DNA of 63,392 bases, filler included, from Craspedostauros australis (GCA_030167865.1; 13 parts of 13 records of this genome joined end to end with filler, not necessarily neighbours in it); one strand, 5' to 3'. Positions 25,342 to 38,214 are shown, counted from the first letter of the whole stretch. Notes: generated from the sequence alone by a model not told the origin. Numbers and translations are program-made.

Positions 25342-25699
25342 ACTATTCTATTGTTCAGTGGACTACAATTATTGCACTATGCGAGGGTGGTATTCTGTTC
25401 TGTGCTCAACGTCGCTTCATGTTGCAAGGCCATGGTACCTCGGTCCAGCCCATGCGTTGTGATGTGTTGCGATAGGCTGCGTTGTGTTGCGGTGTGTAGT
25501 GCTGTGGCAGGTATATGTATGGCATGCGACTGCGCTTTGCCTCTCATGGAGGCAAGCGGCACCATGGTCTGGGATTCACAATGCTTCTCAAAGATATCTT
25601 TGAGGGCGTCATGCATGTGTGGGTGTGTTGTTGTGTTGATGTAGTCATGTGGCGCACTGTGGTTGCGCCTGAATATCATGTGTAATATCGTACGTTGGC

Positions 25700-27113
25700 A
25701 TGATTCCTTCTGCACATGCATCTCCTCGTCACTCTCGGCGGCACTGTCGTTCTCCTCCTCCTGGTTCAGCTTGTTCATGGCGACAGTCTCCATGCGAAGG
25801 GCAGATTCGAAGACAGCGGCATCATCCTCATTGCTGCAGGCGTTGCCCCCCTCACGCAGAGTCTTCATGTTCGACAGCTTGCGCTGGCGACCGGAAGAGA
25901 AGGTCTCTGGGGCTCGAGGTACTCGCAAAGACGGCGGTGGTTCCAAGGTGCAGGTTGTGGTTGCTCTGATGGTCTGGCTTCATGCTGGCGGCACGCTCCT
26001 CTGGAGTGCCAATGTACACCTCATCGAGCTGAAAGCCAGAGACGACCTTGTGGACGGAAATGAGAACCCAGGATCCGGAGCAGATACCGGTGGCTTCCAA
26101 CAACAGACAGAACTGAAAGAAGATGTAGACGATTGGGTTGGAAAGGAAGGCGATCGGGAAGGCGGATGCGACCAGCTGCCATGTGATGGAGGCGATGATG
26201 GTGGTGATGAGAGCTCCGAGAATTCCTGTGTTGAAGAATTCCTGGGTGCTGTCGGAGACTCCGAAGATGTTCTCGCCAGTTCCGACCTCGAAATCAAGGA
26301 GTGGTGACACGGGCGATGATGAAGAAGCACGTGGTGACGCAGATCTGACGTCCGATCATGAATCCTGGAAGGTTGCGTCCGTCACCGCGGAACAGAAGTG
26401 CGCAGGTCTTGCGGGCCATTGGGTGGTCTCCACGATCCTCCTTTGGAAGCTTGGCGATGGCGAAGAGGGCAATCTGCATATCCTCCAGCATACCCTTGAG
26501 CATACCGACGATGGACATGAAGAGGAAGAAGAGGATGCCGGCGACTCCGTTTGTCACTCCAGCCCACATGGTGGTCTTTCCATCGAAGAGGGCGACCAGG
26601 GTGACGGCCATGGCGCAGCACAGGATGGCGAGGGATGGCGAGGGAGATGAGGATGCAGGTGCAGCAGAAGAGGTTCTGGGCACCGTCGCGTGGTGGTTCC
26701 TTCCACTCGATGTCCTTGCCTGAGGCCCAGACGAAGAACAACTGGACGAGGTAGCACGAGTGAAGAAGTTCAGAGAACTCGATGGCGAGGGCGACATAGA
26801 CAGCAAAGAAGTTGTTGATGTAGTGAAGCATGCGGAGGGAGGCGTTGACTTGGGAGTTGAGCTGTCTGGCCATGGCGGTCATGAGGATCATGGCGGCTCC
26901 GGATCCGAGGAAGATCTGGATGATGATGTGTGGGAGTCCGAAGACCTCGGCATCGGCGAGCGGGGCACCGCTCTGGTTGATGGTGAAGATCATGAGGAGG
27001 ACCATGAGGAGGACCATGAGGAGGACCATGAGGAAGACCATGAGGAAGACCATGAGCTGACGCCCCATGAGGTAGCGGTGGACTGGTGGGAGACCGACGA
27101 GGGCACCCTGTCC
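25700..27113 (-). pseudogene. SIT: Silicon transporter (SIT) pseudogene
   Basis: Across frames: GQGALVGLPPV, RYLMGRQLMV, QLNSQVNAS, MQIALFA, LPGFMIGRQICVT, TTIIASITWQLVASAFP, LEATGICSGSW, DEVYIGTPEER and a coiled-coil tail. It has frameshifts, internal deletions, altered GXQ motifs and no 5' end. Confidence 0.92.
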
Positions 27114-28658
27114 TTGTTGGTGTCAACATCAGCTCATCGTGTTGGATTCCGGAGTCGATCAATGCCTGAATGTCTGAATGGATGAAACGGCGATCATGAG
27201 GACTCCATTGTTTGCCTCGATCGGTTGTTCTTCATCACCTCGTTGATGGAAGAAGGTGGTGCCTGCCAGCACTTCGGTACGGACAGCGGCGCGACGATCA
27301 TGATCGGTGCTGATGTTGGTTGTTGTGCAGATTTGAGAGCTGTTGTGTTGGATGGTGTTGCGATGGGATGTGCTCTCGTTGCTTCACCCTCACTTGATAG
27401 AGGAGGACAGCACCGCGGTTGGTGGATGTGGATCCTTCTCTTCGTCCAACTCACACACTCCAACACCACTTTTTCTGTGAGAACATCACCAACGAGAATC
27501 TCCGACTAGTATGACTATGACCGTCGCAGTTGATGAATGATCTTTCTGGCGCCAAAAGAAACACAAAGAACGTGATGGATCACATTGTTTGACACAGTTG
27601 ATTCCAACTATTCGTTCTGCGTTTTCATTGGTCCAACTTGTGTTCTCTCTTGTCTCACTTCATCACAGTTTCGTTTGTCGAGATGTGCCCAGTCCCACCA
27701 AATGTGTGTATCACGATCATCTTTAGCTTCTTTCGTGGGAACTCCGAATCCAACTCTCGCCGAAAAAAGAGATCTTTGAGAATCAATCCACACAACGAGA
27801 ACAACAACAAGAACGACACCAAGGAGAGGTCAAGTGATGGAGGGAACACCAAGATGGACGATGATCACAATCACAATCACAATCATTGCGAACCATGAGG
27901 TATCCCACGAGAAGCTCAGTCGGCGGCATGCTTCGTTGAGTACCGAAGTTGAGTGGTGCGCGATGGGTTGGACGATCGTGTTCCCAACAACTTTGGCCAG
28001 CGAGCCACCCACGCTTCTGATGATGATGATGGAGGGATGAGGATGACTCCCACTTCCAATTGCCAATACTCCATCACTCATGTTGTGCCGATGCATCGGT
28101 CGTGGTTGAAGAACAGTGAGCACTCCACATGACCCATAACCCATGACAACGAAGAAGGAGGAGCGACAGCCTCCACACTCACATCTCTCACATCCTTCAT
28201 AACAGCACGTCTGCGACTCAATGCACACTCACAGTTATCAGATGCTTCATCATCATCATCACTGCTGCTGCTGCTGCTGCTGACGATCGCATCCCACCCT
28301 TGCGACCAACGATGCCATCACCGTGCTTCAATTTTCCAAAACAAGATGCATTCCGTGGGACCTCCTGTGAGAAACCTATTATACTCCTTCCTACTCGTAC
28401 GAGCACAGCCATGAATGCGCACAGTGGTGGCTATCGCGATACACTCCAACATCATTGCATCATTGCAGTATTGCACCATGAGGCCTGCAACAGGCAACAG
28501 GCAACAGACACCGAGAAGAAGTGCTGCAATCTCCACTCTCTCTCCAACCTCTCATGAAACTGAATCAGCCACAAACTGACACATCCAGCAACTAAAGCAG
28601 CCACTATAACACCCACCTACAACACCAACCTAAGCAGCAACCTAAGCAACACCCAAAC

Positions 28659-29198
28659 ATGAAGCTCATCGCCACCACCACCCTCATCTCCATGATGGCA
28701 TCGGCCTTCACTCCATTCGCTGACGCTGCTGGATACACCTGCGGTGTCCATGCCCACTTCGGTATCGACAGCGAAGTCGATCATGCCCACAAGCCAACCA
28801 TCGAGGAGATCCAACTTCTCTCGTCGCATGTTCATGAAGACCTTCCATGATGTGCACCCAGACCTCTCCTTTGACAAGGTCGATCTCATGGACATCTTCG
28901 AAGAGAAGCGTCTGGTCGCCTCCATGAAGAAGGATGACGCCGCCGGCCTTCATGGAGCGTCCGCTGGTGTCACAACTGCCAACACAGTCAACACAGTCGG
29001 CGCTGTCGATGGTGAAGGCATGAACCGCCTCACTTGGCCTCATCAGCCCATCTTGTGGGACTACAGCTTCGTGGCTGACATCATTTGTCCCTACTGCTTC
29101 TTCGATGATGACGACGATGACGACTTCTACGCTGCAAGTGCATCTTCGGTCGTGAAGTCGCTGGTGCATGGTGGCAACGCAAAGAAGGCCAACATCAA
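28659..29198 (+). pseudogene. Secreted or targeted protein of unknown function, frameshifted and cut by an LTR insertion
   Basis: Signal-like MKLIATTTLISMMASAFTPFADA, frameshift near 28825, then ...ICPYCFFDDDDDDD. A family B LTR starts at 29199 inside the reading frame. Confidence 0.6.
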
Positions 29199-29487
29199 TG
29201 TTGGAAATCCGGGGTTAGTGTTAGTAAGAACTATTTGGTTGTTAGATCGTACTATTCAGAACTGTGAGCTCATTCTCTTCAGCTCCTTTGCCTTTCGTTT
29301 CTCATGTAGCATCTCCTGCAGCAGCATTGCGTCAGACTGTTGTATTCATGCATCTCATCATCATGGATCATCGCTTGCATGCATGCGATCTCATCCGCAG
29401 GCATCCTTGTCATGCATATCGTCGTGCATATCCGAAGGCATTCTTGCCATGCACCTTGTCGTGCATATCCTTATTCTACATTCCCTG
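29199..29487 (+). mobile_element. LTR family B, 5' part
   Basis: TGTTGGAAATCCGGGG...AGAACTGTGAG as at 13183 and 24596. Confidence 0.85.
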
Positions 29488-29587
29488 NNNNNNNNNNNNN
29501 NNNNNNNNNNNNNNNNNNNNNNNNNNNNNNNTTAATTAATTAANNNNNNNNNNNNNNNNNNNNNNNNNNNNNNNNNNNNNNNNNNNN

Positions 29588-29885
29588 CCTCAGATGACGA
29601 TATCATCTGACAGACTACTGCATCACCAATGGAACGTGACATCTGGAGAGCAGAAGGACACCCACTGACGTTGACAGGATGTCAACATGTCACCACGTCA
29701 ACAGCTGTCTCCAAGTCAGAGCAGGAGGCAAAGATCCGATGACCGAAGGGCATCAGCATCATGGATACTGAAGGTGAACTTCAAATGGTAAGTACTCATG
29801 GAGTAGAAGCCAGTACTGAATGAACAGAGTGTCGAACGCGGAGCACGCATTGAACACGGAGTATCGTGTAGCATGAGCACACGAT

Positions 29886-29919
<34 letters not shown>

Positions 29920-30127
29920 CAGAGAGGAGCGAGAGAGGATCTCGCATACCGACTCATAGTCGGAGTCTGAATCTACGAAACAGATTGAAGCGCCAAGAGC
30001 ATTGGGCAAGAGAACGAACGGACACTGAGAGTATCGGAGTGCCAACATAATGAAATAGCAAACAGACGACTATCAACCAACACCATCTTCCACGTTCGTA
30101 GGTTACCGTGAGCGGAACTTGCCAACA
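29588..30127 (+). mobile_element. LTR family A, partial, inserted into a LINE RT; contains (GA)n
   Basis: Ends GGAACTTGCCAACA and is the reverse complement of 11342 onward. LINE coding sequence resumes at 30128. Confidence 0.85.
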
Positions 30128-33100
30128 GACCCAAACCGAACTCACCAACTCGGAGCCGGCTGGTCCTCATTTCAGGAACTACAAGGCGGCGTCCCAAGAC
30201 GAAACCCTGGCTGAAGTCGACATGGCCATCCGAGAGATCCCATACCAAACAGGTATCTCTCTACGGGAATGGCAGCGCATCACAGATGTGGAGATCTTGG
30301 AAAAGGTACAAGTGTTTAGCATCGAAAAAATGTGCACGATCCAATTGATGGACGCACAATTCAACTTCAACAACAAAAGGTTGGGCAGGCAAATGATGGC
30401 CACCGCAGAAGCCACCCGATGGCTTTCGGACTTCCAGTTTGGAAGCAGGAAGAACCGGTCGGCGATCAGTGCCGCCTTGAATAAGCACGTGAGCATTGAC
30501 ATCGGAAGACAGCGCAGAAATCCCATATGGTTTTGCTCCGACGACGCCAAATCTTGCTATGACCGTATCGTTCCAAACTTTGCTGCGGCGGTGATGATAG
30601 CAGCAGGGGCGAACCCAGCAGCAACTCGGTGCATGTTCTGCACCCTCAGAGACGCTCAGAACAGGATCAGCACAGCCTTCGGGGTTTCAGAAAGATCCTA
30701 CGGCAGCGGTCCCAATTGCAGTATGCACAGCATCGGACAAGGTAACGGAGCGGGCCCAGCGATATGGGCAGTGATAAGCTCTGTGACGTTCAAGGCTATG
30801 GAGCTCAGGGGTCACAAACAAACCATCAGCTACCCTGACGCAGGCGGCAGTTTCGATGTCCTGGGGTCCGCATTCGTGGACGATACCGATCTGGTGATGC
30901 TTGGCAACGACGATGGACGAGAAGCCGATAAGTTCGCCAGCATCGTACACGATTGGAGCGGGCTACTAAGGGTGACCGGAGGAGCCATTGTGCCCAACAA
31001 GTCAGCATGGTGGGCGATACGCCCCAAATTCTCGGCAGGTGAATGAAAGTGGTGCGATGACGCGAGCGACGAGGTGATCGTCATCACGGACGGCGATGGA
31101 CGGCAGCAGCCTATCTCGCGCAAGTTCATGGACAGTCCCCTGTTCACGCTGGGAGTGTTTCTGAACTTCGACGGCGACGATGCTCAGCAGGCGCAAGCCC
31201 TGCGGCAGCGGGCGAAAGACTTCGCAGGCAAAATTCGGCGGTCTCAGCTTTTGGCGGCCGATGCGAGGTCAGCTCTCACGCTCAGGTTTATCAAGTCGAT
31301 CGAGTACGTCATGGGCATCACGCAGCTCACGGCTGAGCAATGGCGAAGGATCATGGCGCCCGCCCTGCTAGCCTCCTTACCAAAGATGGGATGCTTAAGG
31401 ACCTTCCCCAGGGACCTGGTGTACGCACCGGTGTCACTTGGAGGGTTTGGTATCCCTAACCCGGTGCATCGACAGCTCAAAAAATAAATCCAAATGGCGT
31501 TCAACGAGGTCCATGGAGACACCTCCACCGGTAGAATGATAGTGTGCTCCATACAGGCACTCAAACAGGAGCTGGGGGTGGGTGGTTCCCTTTTCTCGCG
31601 TCCCTATGACCTGATGCGTCGCTGCGTGACGCTGTGTTGGGTGGCTGAGGTGTGGAGACAGCTCCAAGACTCGGGACTGGGGATCCTCGAAACCACGTGT
31701 AGCCCACGCACTCTCCGTGAAGGGGACAGGTTTCTGATGGACATCTGGATCGCCCAAGGAATCAAAGGTGCACAACTCCACCACATGAACATGTGCAGGC
31801 AGCGATTGGGAGTCGTGCGGCTCTCAGATATCGTGGATGCCGCGGGAGTGTCCATAGCGGTCGACGTGATGAAAGGCCAGCCCGCCCCTGCAGGTGTCAA
31901 ACAGTGGGCCCAGCTACCAACCGCTCTGCCCAGCGGCTGGTGGAAGGAGTGGCGAGGATGGTGCAAAACCCTGTGCTACCGAGGACGGCTCCTCCTCCGC
32001 ACACTCGGTAAGTGGTGTCATGACGATGACTCATGGCGATGGTGGAAGTCAGCTCTGACTGACGAGATCTACGACACAAACCATCAGCCTCCGTTGGTCT
32101 ATCGGCGAACACAACGGCGACGGACAAGAACGTCCAAGTACCAGCTGTGAGGCACTGTATCGGAGCTCCCAGAGTTAAGGCATCGGATATCAATTGCGGT
32201 TGCTGACAATGGTATCAAGTGGGACGGTAGAATCGGACTCACTCAGGACATGGCCGAGCCTACACCTCCCTACGATCCAGTTAAGGACCTCGGTGGAGAC
32301 GCCAATTTCGATCAGATGCTCACGGCAGCAAACGAAGGCACACTGCTCCTCGTCAGCGACGGGTCCTTCAAGGACGCACGCGGGACTTCGAGCTCCATCA
32401 TGTTCGACACCAGCTCACAGCGTCACGTGGCATGCGATACCTTCGTGCCAGGCTCAGCCGTAGTGCACAGCGCCTTTCGCAGTGAACTGGCGGGTATATG
32501 GGCGTCTCTCGAAATGTTGGCCATGATACCTGGGCTGGACGACGACTGCTCAGCCACCATCGCACTTGACGGGTCCCAAGCGCTTCACCAGGCGCAAGAG
32601 GATTACATGCCCCCAGTCGACGTGACTGGAACATCCTGGTGGAGATCCGCCGCCTCAGGCGAGGAATCAAGGCCAGACTGAGGTGGGAATGGGTTCGTGG
32701 ACACCAGGATGATACGGACAAAGAGCTCAATATCCTGGAGAAGCTCAACGTGGAATGTGATAAGAGAGCCAAAGCCTTCTGGCTCATGAGTGTCTCCTGT
32801 TGGCAGGTGCGCCAATGGCGATCGTCGACTAAACGGTGAACGCTGGAGGTCTACGGCAAGCACTACTCCTACGTGGGGCAGAGATGTATAAGGCGCTGCA
32901 ATCGGCGTCGTCTGTTGCCTACTGGACCAACAAACTTGAGTGGTCCATGGCCATGGCAACAACGGTGGACTGGGAATCATATCAAGGATCCCGAGCGTCA
33001 AAGAAAAGGCAGGAGACATCGAAATTCATGACGAAGTGGTCATCCGGATTCGTGGGTGTGGGACGAAAGCTGCGGCAGATGGGGCAACAAGAGAGCTCCC

Positions 33101-33840
33101 GTTGTAAGTTCTGCGACCAGGAGGAGACCACCCATCACGCGCTGCAATGCCAAGAGCACGAGTCGGCGTGGACTGACACGACCGAAGCCCTTCTAAATTG
33201 TATGCGGGAGGTCGGCACAGCCCCTCGGCTGGTGGCAGGCATGCGCACAGGATTGGTGAAGTGGCGACGGCATCAGGCAACCCTGGCATTCAAGGCAATG
33301 TGGGCTGGTACCCCCTCTTCTTGGGGTTTCCTACGCAAATACTGGAGATGCTTGCAGGTCCAATGGATGCAGTCGCATGACTGTCGATTCCCCACGGATG
33401 AAGCCTGGGCAAAAGAGGTGATCTAGTGGGTGTGGAAAGTCCCATGGGAAGTATGGAAAGCGCGCAACAAGAAGGTACATGACAAGGAGCAACACCCGTC
33501 CCTGGCCAACCTCCGCAGACAGGTCCGACGGATGGCAAGTGGGGCAAGTCAGGATATGACAGAGTCAGAACTAGCGCTCCTCCGAGAGGGCCAGCAGATT
33601 GAATACGGAACGGAGTTGCAGATGCGGCAGTGGATGCGTGGTATGGTGGGAGTCCAAACAGAAGTTTCCGTGTGATGGCGAACGATGCAACAAGAGGGTC
33701 ATCTGATGCTCCATTGGTTGGGCCTATCGTAACGGGTATCTGACGGCTCGTTCGAGACCAGGCCCTACGGGGCCGGTGGAGGCAAGGGTAAAGCCTACAG
33801 AGCACATATATATCGTAATCCATGAGTTATTATTATTATT
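30128..33840 (+). mobile_element. Non-LTR retrotransposon 3' half (RT, RNase H, zinc knuckle; Ambal-like), degenerate, with (TTA)n tail
   Basis: RT: DAKSCYDRI, GQGNGAGP, AFVDDTDL, TGGAIVPNKS. RNase H: VSDGSF, RSELAGI, WVRGHQD, LNVECDKRAK. Zinc motif CKFC...HALQC. Stops at 31044, 31485, 32148 and 33424 plus frameshifts. TTATTATTATTATT near 33826-33840. Confidence 0.92.
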
Positions 33841-33849
33841 GTTGGACCT

Positions 33850-34110
33850 ACTGGAGGGTGGAAATTATGTGTTGAACAATTGCAACTTCTGATGTCCATC
33901 CTGCAAGCTTGGTGGACGCTTGTGTGTTGCGATGTGAAGCAGGGAAAAGATTTGGTGCAATGGGAAGTAGTGCAAGCCATCATGTGCGGAAGAACACAAC
34001 AATGTTGATGGGTGCAAGAACAAGCCACCCGAAGGACGGAAAACGTCACGGAAACTCGCAAATCGTTGCACACAAGTCGATCCCGTTTGGCGCTGTTGTT
34101 GTGCGCAATC
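33850..34110 (+). pseudogene. Degenerate PHD-finger-like coding remnant
   Basis: CPSCKLGG followed, after a 1-nt frameshift, by LVCCD, and later WRCCC. Several stops. Confidence 0.35.
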
Positions 34111-34379
34111 GCCGGAAGCGGCAGTCCGAGTGAAGCAGGCGGAGAGCAACGGTACCCGAACATAGAGATATCGAACAACAAATGAAAGCAACAACGGAGC
34201 ATTCAAATTGAAACAATCCTAGTTTACCGCAGCTTACGTGGAACAGCAAAAATAAATAGATATTGTGCGTCAAGACCATGTGCCAAGGCCGGCACGCGAC
34301 AAGCAAGGATCGCCAAAGCCAAAAATCACCGGATATGAAAAAAGTGGAGGCGTTTGGCGCAGCCGGCGTAGTCGTCAAA

Positions 34380-34640
34380 CGACTCCAGAGTCAAATGAGG
34401 TTCAATTTGCATCCACAGTCGTTTGGAAGGTCCCATTTGACTCTGGAGTCGAGCTACGTAGAGTTTGTCTCCACAGACATGAAAACCCTCATTATGGATA
34501 TCCATAATGATTTTGGCCTGGTACTGGCCTACGTAGCTTGCGTCCGGACGCAAATTGGACGCTCAGTTTGCGTCCCCACGCAAATTGGACGCTCAGTTTG
34601 CGTCCCCACGCAAATTGGGCCAATTTGCGTCCGGACGCAA
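34380..34640. repeat. Cluster of inverted repeats, a palindrome and 30-bp direct repeats; probable DNA-transposon terminus
   Basis: 18-bp inverted repeat at 34380-34397/34434-34451; perfect 22-bp palindrome at 34489-34510; TTGCGTCC...ACGCAAATTGG repeats at ~34538-34640. Confidence 0.8.
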
Positions 34641-35159
34641 GCGGCGACTCAACGGACTCGCCCAAATACGCTTTATGAGAAGCCGTTTTTTTTTTAAATC
34701 CTCTTGCACTGGCCAGCTCGACTCACGACATGCCTCATGTCTTAAATTTATAATAATCGTTGCAGTTGTGGGAATTGAACAAACAATGATCATGCGTCGT
34801 GCGTCACCCTCCTTGTCGTGTCGCACCGTTGCTGTGATTTTGCATTTGCTGTCATCGTGGGTTGATGTTTCGCATGCACTCACACACACCTGTTCCGCCA
34901 ATTCCGTTGCTTTCACTGTTGCTCGTGGATACTCGCCAACGAAATCCACAACCTCGTCGTTTCTCCATCGCCACTCCACTGATCTTCCCATCACACACAT
35001 CACTTCCCCATCTTCCTCCACATCAACACATGTTCAACATGCACTTGCAATCTGCCCATCCCACACTTCGACATGCCAACATTGCAATGACACTCGCTTC
35101 TTCTGCTGTTGCAAAACACAATTGAAGCATGTCTTCTTTCCAGTTCTCACAAAAAACAG

Positions 35160-37475
35160 CAGCAGCACACTCGAGCAACTTCCACCCCAGCAACGGACAG
35201 CATCATCAATACAAACAACTCACCAAACCAACAGCACCGTACTCAATCAACTTCCACCCCAGCAACAGACAGCATCATCAATACAAACAACTCACCAAAC
35301 CAACAGCAGCAGCACCGTGCTCGATCAACTTCCACTCCAGCGACGGACAGCATCATCAATGCAAACGACTCACCAAACCAACGGCACCGTGCTCAATCAA
35401 CTTCCACCCCAGTGATGGACAGCATCATCAATGCAAACAACTCACCAAACCAACGGCACCGTACTCGATCAACTTCCACCCCAGCAACGGACAGCATCAT
35501 CAATGCTAACAACTCACCAAACCAACAGCACCATGCTCGATCAACTTCCACCCCAGCAACGGACAGCATCATCAATGCAAACAACTCACCAAACCAACAG
35601 CAGCATGCTCGATCAACTTCCACCCCAGCAACGGACAGCATCATCAATGCGCACAACTTACCAAACCAACAGCAGCATGCTCGATCAACTTCCACTCCGG
35701 TGACAGACAGCATCATCAATGCGAACAAGTCACCAAACCAACGGCAGCAGCACCGTGCTCGATCAACTTCCACTCCAGCAACGGACAGCATCATCAATGC
35801 AAACAACTCACCAAACCAACAGCACCGTGCTCGATCAACTTCCACTCCGGTGACAGACAGCATCATCAATGCAAACAACTCACCAAACCAACAGCACCGT
35901 ACTCAATCAACTTCCACCCCAGTGATGGACAGCATCATCAATGCTAACAACTCACCAAACCAACAGCACCGTGCTCGATCAACTTCCACTCCGGTGACAG
36001 ACAGCATCATCAATGCGCACAACTTACCAAACCAACAGCAGCATGCTCGATCAGCTTCCACTCCGGCGACAGACAGCATCATCAATGCGAACAAGTCACC
36101 AAACCAACGGCAGCAGCACCGTGCTCGATCAACTTCCACTCCAGCAACGGACAGCATCATCAATGCAAACAACTCACCAAACCAACGGCAGCATGCTCGA
36201 TCAACTTCCACTCCGGTGACAGACAGCATCATCAATGCGAACAAGTCACCAAACCAACAGCACCATGCTCGATCAACTTCCACTCCGGTGACAGACAGCA
36301 TCATCAATGCAAACAAGTCACCAAACCAACGGCACCGTGCTCGATCAACTTCCACTCCGGTGACAGACAGCATCATCAATGCTAACAACTCACCAAACCA
36401 ACAGCAGCAGCACCGTGCTCGATCAACTTCCACTCCGGTGGCAGACAGCATCATCAATACAAACAACTCACCAAACCAACAGCATCGTGCTCGATCAACT
36501 TCCACCCCAGCAACGGACAGCATCATCAATACAAACAACTCACCAAACCAACAGCAGCATGCTCGATCAACTTCCACTCCAGCAACGGACAGCATCATCA
36601 ATGCTAACAAGTCACCAAACCAACAGCACCGTGCTCGATCAACTTCCACCCCAGTGACAGACAGCATCATCAATGCGAACAACTCACCAAACCAACGGCA
36701 CCGTGCTCGATCAACTTCCATCCCAGTGATGGACAGCATCATCAATGCGAACAACTCACCAAACCAACGGCACCGTACTCGATCAACTTCCACCCCAGCA
36801 ACGGACAGCATCATCAATGCAAACAACTCACCAAACCAACAGCACCGTGCTCGATCAACTTCCACCCCAGTGACAGACAGCATCATCAATGCGAACAACT
36901 CACCAAACCAACGGCACCGTGCTCAATCAACTTCCACCCCAGTGATGGACAGCATCATCAATGCTAACAAGTCACCAAACCAACGGCACCATACTCGATC
37001 AACTTCCACTCCGGTGACAGACAGCATCATCAATGCGAACAACTCACCAAACCAACAGCACCGTGCTCGATCAACTTCCACCCCAGTGACAGACAGCATC
37101 ATCAATGCGAACAACTCACCAAACCAACGGCACCGTGCTCGATCAACTTCCATCCCAGTGATGGACAGCATCATCAATGCGCACAACTCACCAAACCAAC
37201 GGCACCGTGCTCGATCAACTTCCACTCCGGTGACAGACAGCATCATCAATGCGAACAACTCACCAAACCAACAGCACCGTGCTCGATTAACTTCCATCCC
37301 AGTGACAGACAGCATCATCAATGCAAACAACTCACCAAACCAACAGCAGCAGCAGCATGCTCGATCAACTTCCACTCCGGTGACAGACAGCATCATCAAT
37401 GCGAACAAGTCACCAAACCAACAGCACCGTGCTCGATCAACTTCCACTCCGGTGACAGACAGCATCATCAATGCG
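35160..37475 (+). repeat. 72-bp minisatellite, ~32 copies, open in one + frame (HRARSTSTPVTDSIINANNSPNQQ)n
   Basis: CAGCATCATCAAT recurs every 72 or 78 bp and length variants are CAG triplets. ORF 35109 onward has no stop before the gap. Confidence 0.95.
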
Positions 37476-37906
37476 AGCACCTACGGGCAGGGTGTCAGCA
37501 CTGGCGCATTCAGCATGCANAATGCAACACANGACCCAAATCCACAGCCAGCCACAGNACCTGNNNATGGTGACATCCATCAAGTGTCCCNGAGTCCACC
37601 TCGACATATTTCAGTTGCGCCAAACCAATCCTTGATTGGTGTTGCCACTGGCCTCGGTGTATGCCTCAACAGTGGCAACGACAACACCAGCAACAACAAT
37701 GTTGACCACAACAATGCCAACGCCAACTCCGACAATGATGACAATGGCAATGTTGGCTTCAATATTGACAGCATAAGCAATGGAGATGACAACGGTAATG
37801 GAGATGNNNNNNNNNNNNNNNNNNNNNNNNNNNNNNNNNNNNNNNNNNNNTTAATTAATTAANNNNNNNNNNNNNNNNNNNNNNNNNNNNNNNNNNNNNN
37901 NNNNNN

Positions 37907-38214
37907 CTTTCTCTTCCAATTTCACTTTTCATGGTAGGCATCTGTCGTGGTGGCGACACGGGGCACCCTGTTGTCTCTTAGGTGCTTCTCTCCCTGTTCA
38001 TCATGCTCTGTTCTTGCTTCCTTGTCTTGGCATCATTGTTGCTTGCCTCTGCTTCATCGTAGCTGTCTACGCTCGCATGGTAGGGATCTGCAGTCCTGAG
38101 CGCTTGCCTATCATCTGCTTTCGTTGTTGATCTCATGACACCATCGTTCCAGGATCGATGTCAGCCTTGGTGATGTTCCAAACCTGCGGATGTTCTGATC
38201 CTTTCTGATGTTCC
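37907..38214 (+). mobile_element. LTR family B fragment, target of the family C Copia insertion
   Basis: Matches ~24682-24967 and breaks exactly after CTGATGTTCC. Confidence 0.88.

Noticed and set aside
33849..33870. ACTGGAGG as another PHIS-like terminus
   Set aside because: Lacks the CATAATTTCATAA core shared by the true ends.
35160..37475. CRISPR-like array
   Set aside because: Units are head-to-tail with no unique spacers, there are no cas genes and the context is eukaryotic. The same applies to 53147-53797 and 16316-16446.
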